In this document: in pieces, positions 12,165 through 24,291 of the stretch
How positions within the stretch are numbered: position 1 is the first letter of the stretch
How the letters are laid out: every line of letters starts with the position of its first letter
Origin: Octopus vulgaris
Taxonomy: Eukaryota
Direction of reading: 5' to 3'
Assembly (NCBI GenBank): GCA_951406725.2
Contig: OX597816.1
Location: 112,530,001 to 112,594,000 of the forward strand
DNA: 64,000 nucleotides
Program-made: the position numbers and the translations under genes
Notes under the pieces: generated by a model
Seen by the model: the letters and a program-made list of their open reading frames with translations, nothing else
Told to the model about the DNA's origin: nothing
The model's database searches: none

Positions 12165-12560
12165 AGTAGAAAATAAAGTAGATTTCTCTAACAAAGAATC
12201 CAACACAATTTTAAGTATACACATATGAGAATATCACATAAATTTTATATGCTTAAAAATATGCCCAGTTTTGCTTTTATTCTTAAAACAACTTAGACTT
12301 CTTTATCAAGGAACTAGTATTTAGGAATTGGAATTGAATGCAAAAAAAAAAAAAAAAAACTAATTTCAGTTTTGTAAGCTATTTCAGCCTTATTTTCATT
12401 GGATGAAATCTTCTCGATTTGTGTTGACCATAGGGTATTTAATAAGCGTGTGAGAGAAGATGAACATAAACTTGATGAAAAGATGTGAAAGTAAAAGTAC
12501 CCTCATTGATATTATATCACTTTTGCTTTACTAAAATATATTTTTATGGTTTCTTATTAA
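12165..12560 (+). repeat. Diverged direct copy of 7205-7570
   Basis: Shared anchors ATATGCTTAAAAATATG, GCTTTTATTC, CTTATTTTCA, AAGATGTG(G/A)AAGTAAAA, ATATTATATCA. Confidence 0.7.
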
Positions 12561-12763
12561 GAGTAGCTTCCTCTTAATACCGGAAGCAGTTTTCATTTGT
12601 GACTTAATTGAAATCTTAAGTAACTTTTCATTTATTTCATTGATGATTATTTAATATCAATACAGTGCCTTTGTCTTCATTCTAAAATATAAATTCTTCA
12701 ATCCTTCTTATGCTCAAAGCTTTGATTATATTATAGTCTTTTTGAAATGGTTTCAATTATAGA

Positions 12764-12799
<36 letters not shown>

Positions 12800-12801
<2 letters not shown>

Positions 12802-13325
12802 TTTCAACCAGCTTGGCCTCATCAGACTGTCTGAAGGCAAAGCAGCCTGAGACTTCAAAGTTACTGTTAATGCTATTCTTATTAAATATGTACTCTATAA
12901 AAAAGATATTGAGTAATCCTCCAGTTTATTGTAAAATTATTTCGTTTTTGGATTTGGTTTGCAAGATTCTTTATGTGAGTTTGTGTGTTGAAGCATATTC
13001 TGTTGTGTCTGGGGAGAGCCATTTTCTTTTTTTGCCTTATAATGTAACACACTCACCGGTAAGATTTCTACTTATTTCTTATTTTTATTTTCCTAAAATT
13101 TTTGTTGTGTTTTGCAACCATTGCAATAGTCTTGACTCTGTCCATTATTTACTCTGCGTTCCTTTTTGTTTGGTTGTGTGCATGTCAAGACTATTGAAAA
13201 GGTTGCAAGATGCAACGAAAATTTTAGGAAAATAAAAATAAGAAATAAGTGGAAATTTTACTGGTGAGTGTGTTACATTATAAGGCACAAAAAGAAAATG
13301 ACTCTCTCCAGACACAACAGAATAT
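12800..13325. mobile_element. Penelope-like terminal fragments with hammerhead-like cores and a 142-bp fold-back
   Basis: Minus strand CTGATGA-GGCC-AAGCT-GGTT-GAAAC at 12801-12825; inverted arms 12995-13136 and 13184-13325. Confidence 0.55.
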
Positions 13326-13374
13326 TGTGAAATTGTTTTTATTATTATTCAACCAAAGAAAAAAATCATTCATA

Positions 13375-13809
13375 TTCTTTTATTCTTTTACGTGTTTCAT
13401 TTGACTGCGGCCATGCTAGAGCTTCAACTTTAATCTAACAAATCAACCCCAGGACTTACTCTTTGTAGGCCTAGTATTTCTTCTATCAATCTCTTTTGCC
13501 AAACTGCTAAGTTACTGGGACGTAAATACACCAGCATCGGTTGTCAAACGATGAGGGATGGGGACAAACACAGGCACACAAATACATACATACATATAAA
13601 ATAACAAACTCTATTTATCATACATAAATACATATATCTATATATGATGGGCTTCTTTTAGTCTCTGTCTACCAAATCCACTCGCAAGGGTCTGGCCAGC
13701 CCCCAGTCTACAGTAGAAGACACTTGCCCAAGGTACCACACAGTAGGACTGAACCCGGAACTATGTGGTTGGGAAGCAAACCTCTTACCACACAGCCACT
13801 CCTGCACCT
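13375..13809 (-). mobile_element. SINE family A, full length
   Basis: Reverse complement of the 9003-9392 pattern; ends ACCACACAGCCACTCCTGCACC. Confidence 0.9.
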
Positions 13810-14182
13810 ATATATATAAAAATGTATATGTGTTTGTGTACACTTTTTTATTGGTATAAGTCATTAGACTGTGGTCATGCTGGGGCACTGCCTTGAAAGT
13901 TTTTGGTTGATTAAACTGGCTCCAGCTGCTATTTTAGGTCAGGTACTGTCACTTGTTGCTAAACCACTTATTTATAGGGACATAAACAAGCCTGCACTAA
14001 CTGTCAAGCAATGAGACAAGTGCAAAAATGCATGCACACACATAAACACATACATATATCATCATCGACATCATTTAACATATGGTCTCTGTGCTTGCAT
14101 AGGTTGGGTGAGTCAGAGGACAGCATTCAGCTGCAATATCTGTTTTGGTATGGTGTCTATGGTTGGAGCCCTTCCTAATACC

Positions 14183-14430
14183 CAGCGCAGTGGAGTCAAA
14201 ACAAAAAATTTCGACTCCGACTCCTGTACTATTGGCAACTCCGATTCTGACTCTGACTCCTCTTTACATAATTAAGTGATTGTGGTCTACATGTCTCATA
14301 AAACATATGCATATGTTTGTACTTTGAGTAGGCCTTTATGTTATAACTGGTTTATTTTAAAGAATAAAGACATTGTGAGTCGGAATCAGAGTCAGTATAG
14401 TTTTACTGACTCCAACTCCAGCTATCCCTT
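14183..14430. mobile_element. MITE-like element with GGAGTC/GACTCC subterminal repeats
   Basis: Multiple GACTCC(GA) units near both ends and inverted GAGTC units. Confidence 0.5.
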
Positions 14431-14639
14431 AATTGTTTCCAATGAGGGTTTTAGGCAAGATTATAAGCAATGATAAAGTATGATGAAAAGAGCAAATTTA
14501 TAGCTGTGAGAGGGTGGTGGTGGGGAGAGTAACAGAGTAGTTATTTTAGGGGATGGGGTATGAAAGAAATGGGGAAGGGATTATTGTCATAGGTTAGTGA
14601 GAAACAGAGACAGTAGTAAGGTTGGGCCTTATGATATTT

Positions 14640-15340
14640 ATTTGACTGCAACCCATAGGATATGTAAATTAGAATTGAGCCCTTTCACCTGTGAGCAACT
14701 GGCCAATGTGCCCATACATTAAGTTGGTATGGAGGTGGGTTGTGTACCAAGGGTCCAGGGATATCCCACATTACAATGGTGAATATGGGGGAAATGTTTG
14801 GGAGTATGGAACATGAGAGAGAGAATATATGGTAAGAAAAAATGGAGAGAGAGAGAGAATGGATGAGAGTGGTAAGGATCTTGAAATAGCCATTGGAAGA
14901 GATGTGTGAGATTATGGGGGCTAGGTGAGAGAGATAAGAGAGGGTTGAGGTAGTGGAAAAGCTGTGGGGAGAGGATACTCAGAGAAAAGAGGCAGAAGAG
15001 TGATGGATAGCAGTGAGCAAACAAGTGAGCAGTACAACTGGTGAGATGAGACATGAATAATATAGTGAGCAGGAAGATAGGTTCAGGAGAATAATGAGGA
15101 TGGGCCAATGAAGTAGTGTGTGTGTGTGTTTGGTCAACTCAAATAAACAACTAAAATTAATGGACAACTGGAGGGTGTGCACAAGGAATATATTAGCTTG
15201 ATGCTCAGTGAAAAGAGAGAGTTTGATGTTTTGAGCATAGCTCTTCATTGGAAAGGAGAAAGGGAAAAGTCCAAAAAAGGAAAAGAAATTGCCAACCTCA
15301 CATGTGTAAGTGACCAGAAGTAGAACACAGGCGCACACGA
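14640..15340 (-). mobile_element. Probable Penelope-like element end (CT-rich tract then degenerate hammerhead)
   Basis: Minus strand TTT-CCAATGA-AGAGC-TAT-GCTC-AAAACATC-AAA at 15221-15256; flank resembles 42085-42240. Confidence 0.4.
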
Positions 15341-18300
15341 AAGGTGTTTTCCATTTACCAAATTCTTATTTTAGTAGTTGCTACTGGGATTTGTTTCAGC
15401 TCACCTTGCCAAGAATTTCTATTCTTGCTACCTTTAATCTAATGATATGTATTCAATTTAATGATATGTATCCCTGCTGATAACGTGTGGTTGAGTGGTC
15501 TTCATCCTTTATTAGGGTTTCTAAACAACCAACAACAGTTACAAAATACTCAATGTTAAAAGTAATGCTGTAACCTCTGTGTGTGTGGTGTATGTGTGTC
15601 TGTATTTTTTTTTATATATAAAGTTAAGTTGGAGTAAATTTCTTCTGGGATTTATTTATTCTCTGAGAAAGAATGTTTCTCAAGGTGAATTCAGTTATTA
15701 ATAGAGATTAATAAAATGAGTACTATGCTAAGTACTGAAGTTGCTACAATTGATTAAAGACCCTTGAAGGTAGAGCCTCTGCATGGCCACAGACTGAGAA
15801 CAATACAATAAATTTAATAAGTGTTCTGGATAAAGCATATCCGGCCAGTGTTCTGCTGCTTTTGTTTTGTACAAAACCTTGTTATTAATGATTATGTCTT
15901 TTATGATAGATGTAATAATTTTTCATAAAAGTGACATTAAATTTACTGGTTGTAGTTATTTCATAGTCTGCTGCTTATTTCAGTTTAATGTCTTTAGTAT
16001 AGCATGCACCAGTATTTTGTGATATTGATATTAAATAATAGCAGCTGAGGCATAACGCTCAGAGCCTTTTCAGTTTTAGAATATACATTTTATAGACTAG
16101 AGAAATAACTTTTGAATGTGTTAGGTTTGAGAAGAACTGGAATCCTTATTCTAGTCTGCAGCTTTGAATTCTCAATTTTCCAAAAGGATTTAGGTTTCTC
16201 TTTCATATTTCAGATTAGATTAATATGGAATTTGGTTTCAGAATACTTGGTCGTCTTTTGCTTTCATTGCATTCTAGCCAGTCATAGGAACACTTTGCTT
16301 CGACACACTGCCAAAGCTGTTGCTTGATGTTTCTGAATTTAATTACACTATGGTTCATCTAAATGTTTGTGTTAGAACAAGGAGTGTTTTATACAGTCTT
16401 TGACAACCTCAACCTCATTGATCAGAAATTTATTGTAAATCTCATTAAAATCTTCAACTAATTTATCAATTTATCATCCCAGTTAATTATAGAAACTTTT
16501 TCTCTGATGACTGCATAGTCAGCTTTTGAAATAGTTGAAAGAGTTAACAGAACTTTTATCATCTATCATGAAATTAGTTGAGTTTGACAAGGCAGCTATG
16601 ACGGGTTTTAAATATCTTGTTGTTTAGCCCTAGGTCTTATATGATAGAAGATCTATGATCAGAAGCATTTCCACTGTAACCATCATGTGCATTTTTTTTC
16701 TGATACAGTATACCTAGGACTACCTTATCCAGTGCTTCCTTCCCATTTTAAAATATTCTTCTGGTTGTTTGACTTCAGCAGGGATAATGAATGGGATTAG
16801 AGACCTCTAAATATTACTTTGACTTGCTATGGGTCTTTGATTTAATGGAACATTTTTGAGGTAAGTCCCAAAATGTTGATGTTCTGGGAATGGAAAAAAA
16901 TGAGTGATATATTTGATTTTGCAATGTGAGATGCAGCGATATGTTCACTAAGTAACTGTGCCAACAGTGGCATGTTCAGTGGTATGAACGTTATACTACG
17001 AGGAAAAGTGCTTATAAAGTGTTGACAATTTGTTTCCATAGACTTGAGGATTTTTATGAGACATAATACATTTTTCATGTTTTTCTTCCCCCTCCTCCCA
17101 TACTTATATATATTTCTTTGTTATATTTTATCTTCAGCATTTTCTACTCTGAACCTATATCTTCCCTCTTTTCTCTAGTACAGCTGTCAATAATATACTC
17201 ATTATGTCATAAATAACTTATTATCTGTCCATAAACGGAAATCCTTATCATTTAGTTTTTTGTTTTACTTTATGATAATGTAACTTCTATATGTGTAGTT
17301 ACACGTTTATATATATATATATATATATACATTATTTTATATGAACTTTTGAATATCAAGTAGACTATCGTATTATTTTATCTAATTTCATTTCCTTAGG
17401 CGATATTGATATGTACACTATAAAATGAATATTACTAAAATATTCACAATCTCTATATTGATTGCCAAGTTAAGGTAAAACCTCAAGCTGACAAAAAAAA
17501 GAGTTAATTTTTTATTATTATTATAATTTGAAATAGATTAACCTCCAGGGACAAGAGATAAAGGTATAAATCATCTAATAGTATTGTGCTGGTTATAATG
17601 GCAGATGGATCAGAGTATTATGACAAAATATTGGAACACTGTAATTAAAGAATATTATTGAGATCGAATACAAAGCTAATACAAGGTTTCTCAAGTATAA
17701 ATTTTTGAGAATGAATCAGAGAAAACAGAAATATTCAAGCAGCTTTCTGGAGATATATACTGACATGAAAAAAATAAATAACATTAAAAACACTGATTAT
17801 AAAATAGTTTTATGGAGGAATATTTAAATGGTTTCAAAAGACAATCAAGGTAAAATTTAATTCAAACATTTATGAATTATGTATTAAGTTGCAGAGGAGA
17901 AAAATTCATCCAAATATTTTAATAAATTTTTTTGCGTTTATTTTTTATTGAGCTTATTTTAAATCTCTCCACCTTTACTGCTTGCATATGATTATTTCGT
18001 TGTTTATAGAGTGGAAAATTTATCAAATAAAAGTTACTCAACTAATATTTTAATTGTTTTTAATAAATTACCCTTTTTCATTGTTAATTATAAGGAACTT
18101 ATGATTTTTGTCCTCTAACCAAATATATTTAATGTAATTTTTCTTGATTAGCTCAACTGTCATTAGATGAATTTTTATTATTGTCTCCTTCCTTATTCAG
18201 TTACTGATGTGGAGAAATTTTTACAATGATAATTTAATTTTCGCAGAAAACACCACAAGTTGCCTTAAGATTATATTTGATATTATCTCAAACATCACTT

Positions 18301-19149
18301 ACTTCCAATCAGAGGATATAAGAAAAATAAGTAGCCAGGTTAGTATTAATAAAACTAAGGTAAATGATTTACTGAGGAGATAGCGATTCTATGTTTTTCT
18401 TTGTTTTTTCCTCAGCTAAATGTAAAAATAGAATCTGTGTTCATAAAATCCATTCTCATAAGTTAATCATATGACAGGCATGATGTTTCTTACATAAAGT
18501 TACCTGTAAAGTTTGAGATGTTTACTCTGTTAGCCTTGTAATATTAAAGAAGGACAAAGAAAACAACTGACTTGAAAGGTATATTCAGGCAACAGTATTT
18601 TCCAAAGAATAATATTTCTAAAATATCTATTCATTGTGCTATTGGGATTAAAAGAAGGGAGTATGAAAATACCTGTCTTTTTGAAAGATGATATCTTGCT
18701 TCAGATTGTTTAATCAACCTATTTAATTAGCTACTCTCCTTAAAAGTTTCTTTTATGATTATAAAAAAGACCACACTGTGTTAGTCTGTAAATACATTCT
18801 AGAAAATTTGTGTATATATCCTAAGATTAAACCATTAAAGATAATTTTCCATTTTTTTTAAGAGTGTATATAATTTATCAAAGCAAAGATAATGAAGCCA
18901 TGTGGTATATCATGATAGCCTTTCTTTGGAAGAGAGGATTTTGGATGTTTTTACTCTAATCCTTAAATACTCCTGTAGAGAACATCAATCTACCACTGGG
19001 ATAAACCCTAGCTGCTGCTGGTACATATTTTCAGATGTGTAGATTGAAGCATTGGGAAGTGAAGTGCCTTGCTTAAGGGCACTGTGCACTGCCAAACACC
19101 ATAACCACTTGATGATGTGTCCTCAGAAAATAATTGGCTTAGTTACTTT

Positions 19150-19521
19150 TTTATTTTGTTACTTGTTTTAGTCATTTGACTGTGGCCATGCTGGAGCACT
19201 GCCTTTAGTCGAACAAATCAACCCCAAGACTTATTCTTTGTAAGCCTAGTACTTATTCTATTGGTTTGTTTTGCTGAACTGCTAAGTTATGGGGACATAA
19301 ATACACCAACATCAGTTGTCAAGAGATGGTGGGGCAACACACAGACACACAAATGTATACACACACATATACACGAACGACAGGCTTCTTTCAGTTTCCA
19401 TCTACCAAATCCACTTGGTCGGCTCAAGGCTATAGCAGAAGATGCTTGCCCAAGGTGCCATGCAGTGGGACTGGAACCATGTGGTTGAGAAGCCAGCTTC
19501 TTACCACACAGTCACATGCAA
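19150..19521 (-). mobile_element. SINE family A
   Basis: Head and tail motifs on the minus strand. Confidence 0.9.
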
Positions 19522-21559
19522 GTATCTCTCCACCTTTTACTGTGACTGCTTTGACAAACTCTATCTGCTCACTCTAATTCCAAAAAAAGCAACAGACAAA
19601 TCTCTTTCTGATCACATCTTACTGTGTGATTAAAAAAAAAAAAGCAACATAACATAATGTAGTCATGGAAAAAAAGACTGAACTGTCATGGCTTTGAATA
19701 CCTTTCATCATAAGTCTACTAAATCAAGGATGACTAAGGACTAACTAACAATGATGACTACTGTTCTTGACTTACTTACTCTTCAAGTGACCAAAGGAGA
19801 TAAATTCTTTCACTACTGACTTCCTTGTTTCCTATTAGCTTCTTCCTTTATGGAATAGAGTCTATTAAAAAAACCATTCCTCATTTCAAAATGACAATTA
19901 ATTTAATTAGGATTAACTATTCTCTAGATTAGCTATTCTCAGCTGGTTTTGTTAGATGCTTTATTGACGGAAATCTTTTGTAACTATGTCTAAATGTCAG
20001 ATAATGCAACATGATAACAATGGCTAATCCATTGGTGGAAAGGAAAGTCAGGCTATATTCTCATATCTACTGAGTGATGAGATATTAAACAAATAATATT
20101 ATTGATGTCTATTTATAACTTGAATATATTTTCTGCTTCTGATTTGATGTTCATAAATGTTTTGTGCATCAGATGTTGATTTTATACATATATATATATA
20201 TATATAATCTTTTAATGTTCATTTTCTATGCTGGCATGGGTTGTGTATATATCATGTACATCTGTTAATGAGATGAAACCTCAGCTACGAAACTTTTCTC
20301 TTTATAACACATGGAATTGTTTTGTTATCTGATAACTTTTGTGTAAAAGAAGGTAAATGCATTGGTTAAATCAGTTTATCTAAGCTATAGAAACGAGTAA
20401 AACAACTGCATGAAAATACTATTATTCATAAAAGCAATACACCCTTTTTTTTTTCCTTTCAGTTTCAAGTAGCTTGGCTGGCAATAACTTAGTCTATACA
20501 GGCTTAGTAGTAAACAGCTAAATGTTTGAAGTGCTTTCCTAGGAAATGTATCGATTTAGTCTTGAAATACTATCAAAGAATGGCTGCTTGAAAAAGAAAT
20601 TGTTTAGATTTTTAAATATTGCTATATGTTTTGTTCTTGTTAATTAAAAATAAGGAAAAAAAAAGTACATATGTAGATAAGAACTTTTGCTTTCCTTAGA
20701 CTAAGCGAAAGGTCAAATTTTGTGTTGAATGCATAGTTGATGAAATTTAATCCTCTGCATATAACTGGTAGTTACTTTATGGCCTAATAGGAATGAACAA
20801 CAAAATTGGTTTTGGTGTGATTTCAGCTTATAATACAGTGGAATGAAGATAAAAAAATGGAAGCTATTTATTTTAACATTCTTCTGGGGTGGTGGGATAC
20901 CATACTGCTACCTTAGAAATTACTAAGATGTCTGTAATATCTTTGAAAATTGAATTTAGATGTATATCCTTTTTATTACCACAATATACATGTGAGATTC
21001 AGGCATGTTGTAATATATTATTGTAGTTTTTTTATAAACCCATATGCAATGAAAGTAAAATAATATCCAAAATAGGAAATACTGTGTAAATCCCAACTGA
21101 AAGAAAGTGTACAAGCCTGATTGGAAAAATAGTAGATAAAGAATACAGAAAAATTATAGTCTTATCTATATTCCTGGCTGTTGTGTGATAAATGTTTGCT
21201 TAAAAAAAGTAATAAATGCAGAATTAAATGCTCATGTAATTTCAAACATGTAACATAAATGTGACAGATATAATACAATGATGAACTGGAAACTTCAGAC
21301 ATTAATGGCTTGTCAAATATCATACAAAGAAATACACAACTGGTGATAAAAAGGCTCACTTAGGTCTCTTACTATAGAATATTTGTTAAAAGTGTAATGT
21401 TGCATAGCAGGGAGTTTGGATGATGAAATATTAGATTTCCAGGGAATAGAAGAAAATGAGTTATGTGCAATGAGAATTTGATACAATGCAAAATTTTGGT
21501 ATCAGAAACTTTCAGCATATGAAAGAGAAAGAAAGTAAGAGAGAGAGAGAGTTGGGCAT

Positions 21560-21834
21560 TTACCTTTTACTTGTTTCATTCATTCAATTGTGGCCATACT
21601 AGGGCACCACCTTGAAGGGCTTCGGCATACAAATTGACCTCAGTAGGTATTTTTTGTGTGGTACTTATTCAATTGGTCTCATTTGCCAAACTAAATTACA
21701 GGGATGTAAACAAACCAACACCAGTTGTCAAGCAATAGTGGAGGGACAAACACAGACATACACAAAAACATACACATACATATGTGTGTGTTTGTGTGTA
21801 TGTATGTATGTATATATATATATATATATATATA
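21560..21834 (-). mobile_element. SINE family A 3' part; a mariner lies in its TA tract
   Basis: TTTTACTTGTTTCA tail, GGGACAAACACAGACA body. Confidence 0.7.
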
Positions 21835-22515
21835 TACATGAGAAGTCAAAAATTATTCACACTTTCACCATAACATATCTTTATTATTGCCACACTGCTT
21901 TCTGTGCTTGTTTGCTTATAGTTGGTACTATAGTTGTGATGTGATCAAAGTTTGAGCCCGATCATGCCATTTTTATTTCTGGCTTTACTGTCTAAGCACG
22001 GCTGGTCCACTAGCAATGTGCACCAAAGAACAAAGAGCAGTGATCCGATTTCTCTGGAAAGGGGTGTACGATCAACAGTGCAAGAGACAGTACTTTCCTG
22101 GCCAACAGTGTGAAGTCAGCAATTTGCACTGAATGCCAAAGCCTATTGTTGAAGGAAGTTTTGTTGCATGACAATGCATTCCAACAGACGGTTGCCCAGT
22201 CCATTGAAACCATTAACCAATTGGGTTTGGAGGTGCTGGAACACCCTGCCTACAACCTAGGCTTTGCTGCTTCTGACTATCATATCTTTAGATCACTTAA
22301 AGTTGGTTTACGAGGCCATCAATTTCCTATGGATGAAGATGTGAAGTAAGCGGTGCATAAATGATTGCATAACTGACCAAAAATCTTCTTGGAAGGAATA
22401 CAGAAGATTGTGGACTGCTGGACCAAGTGCATCAAAAAGGAAGGAGAAAAATGATGTACTTGTTTATTCCCTGAAAAAACTAAGAGTGCATATAATTTTT
22501 TACTCTCCTTCATAT
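21835..22515 (+). pseudogene. Internally deleted mariner (DD34D) transposon
   Basis: VLLHDNA..LGLEVLEHPAYNLGFAASDYHIFRSLK matches mariner HDNA and YSPDLAPSDY motifs; imperfect TIRs TACATGAGAAGTCAAAAATTATTCAC and GTGCATATAATTTTTTACTCTCCTTCATA in TA context. Confidence 0.88.
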
Positions 22516-22619
22516 ATATCACGTGATCAACCAGACTTGGATGTTGTTGAACATCACTGGTCACAATGCACTTTGCATTGTTTTAGCATGATACTACATG
22601 ATACTACCATGTAGTAACA

Positions 22620-22830
22620 TGATACTACCTTGCTGGCTAGGTGAGCAGGCCAACATTTACTCCAACTGGAAGGCCAGTCCATTGCAGGCTTACCCGTTTA
22701 CAACTGTGTGTACTGGAGCAATGTGAAATGAAAAGCTTTGCTTAAGAACACAATGTGCTGCTTGGTCTGGTAATTGAACCCATGATCACTAGATCATGAG
22801 TGCAACCTCTTAACAACTAAGCTACACCCC
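22620..22830 (-). mobile_element. SINE family C
   Basis: AAGAACACAATG and TAACAACTAAGCTACAC are the reverse complement of the 6598 head. Confidence 0.6.
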
Positions 22831-23621
22831 TTCTCTCTCTCCCTTTCTCTCCCCCTTTCTCTTTCTCTCTCCCTTTCTCTCTCTCTCTTTCTCACACACA
22901 CACACTTATATGTAACTTAGTGGTTTGGCAAAAGAGACTGAGGGAATAAGAACCAGGCTTTAAAAAATCAGTGCCTGGGTTGATTTGTTCAACTAAAAGC
23001 CATCAAAGCAGTGCTCCAGCATAGTTGCAGTCCAATGATTGAAACAAGTAAAAGATAAAATACATCTCATTATTTTTAACATACATTTTCTCTTTCCTAT
23101 TCTTCTCCTTATTTTCTTTTTTACAGACTTTACTTTCTTCTGTTTCAATGACTACTCTCACTTACCCTCTTTGTTTTGAATACTATATTTTGCACATCAT
23201 TAATCCATTATGTTAGCTACGTTCATTAAACTCAGAGTAGTAACAAAATTTAAACTCTACATTAAATAATTACACACAATTTCTGTATTGAGTGCTAATC
23301 CCTTGTCTTTATAAGCACAGTTGTGCAATTTCACACATTAGTAAAAGCATGTATATATGTGTATACACACATATAAAAAAGATGTATATGTGTGTATACA
23401 TGTATGTGTATGTATGTGCCTTCCACCAGTTATGTCATATATACATAAAAATGCAAAATAGTGTGCAATAAAATACCGGTATAAGTTCTTAAGTTGTTTG
23501 CATAATTTAGTAACTTATTTTCAAAAAAAAAAGACTTAAAAAAAAATAACATAAAAACCATACTTTATAGAAATATAACCATTAAAATAGTTGTTTTCAA
23601 CAGTAACACTAAAATGTTGAC

Positions 23622-24291
23622 AGAATATTCTTGAGTGAAATGTATTCATAAAATATTCAAAAAGTCAAAAATTGTCTGTCTGAACTTTGGAAATTAAATA
23701 ATTTTCAACTAAAATTCTTGTTATTGTCAAACAACGTATTTTGAAGTACATGTCACAGAGTTCATTCCTCTTGCTGATCAAATCTAATCTTTTGAAAATG
23801 AAACTATATTAACAAAGAATGATATCTTGGACATTATTTTTCTGAATATAAGGTGGCGAGCTGGCAGAAACGTTAGTACGCTGGGCAAAATGCTTAGCAG
23901 TATTTCGTCTGTTTTTACGTTCTGAGTTCAAATTCTGCTGAGGTCGACTTTGCCTTTCATCCTTTCGGGGGCGATAAATTAAGTACCAGTTACGTACTGG
24001 GGTTGATCTAATCAACTGGCTCCCTCCCCCAAAATTTCAGGCCTTGTGCCTAAAGTGGAAAAGAATATTCTTGTGTGAAATGTATTCATAAAATATTCAA
24101 AAAGTCAAAGATTTTCTGTCTGAACTTTGGAAATTAAATAATTTTCAACTAAAACGCTTGTTATTGTCAAACAATGTATTTTGAAGTACATGTCACAGAG
24201 TTCATCCCTCTTGCTGATCAAATCTAATCATCTGAAAACGAAACTATATTAACAAAGAATGGATATCTTGGACATTATTTTTCTGAATATA
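23622..24291 (+). repeat. ~229-bp direct duplication (23622-23850, 24062-24291) flanking a SINE
   Basis: About 10 substitutions and 1 indel between the copies. Confidence 0.95.
23850..24066 (+). mobile_element. SINE family B (tail type 2)
   Basis: AAGGTGGCGAGCTGGCAGAAACG head and GATAAATTAAGTACCAGTT body as in 1586-1817, but tail CCCTCCCCCAAAATTTCAGGCCTTGTGCCTA. Confidence 0.9.
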
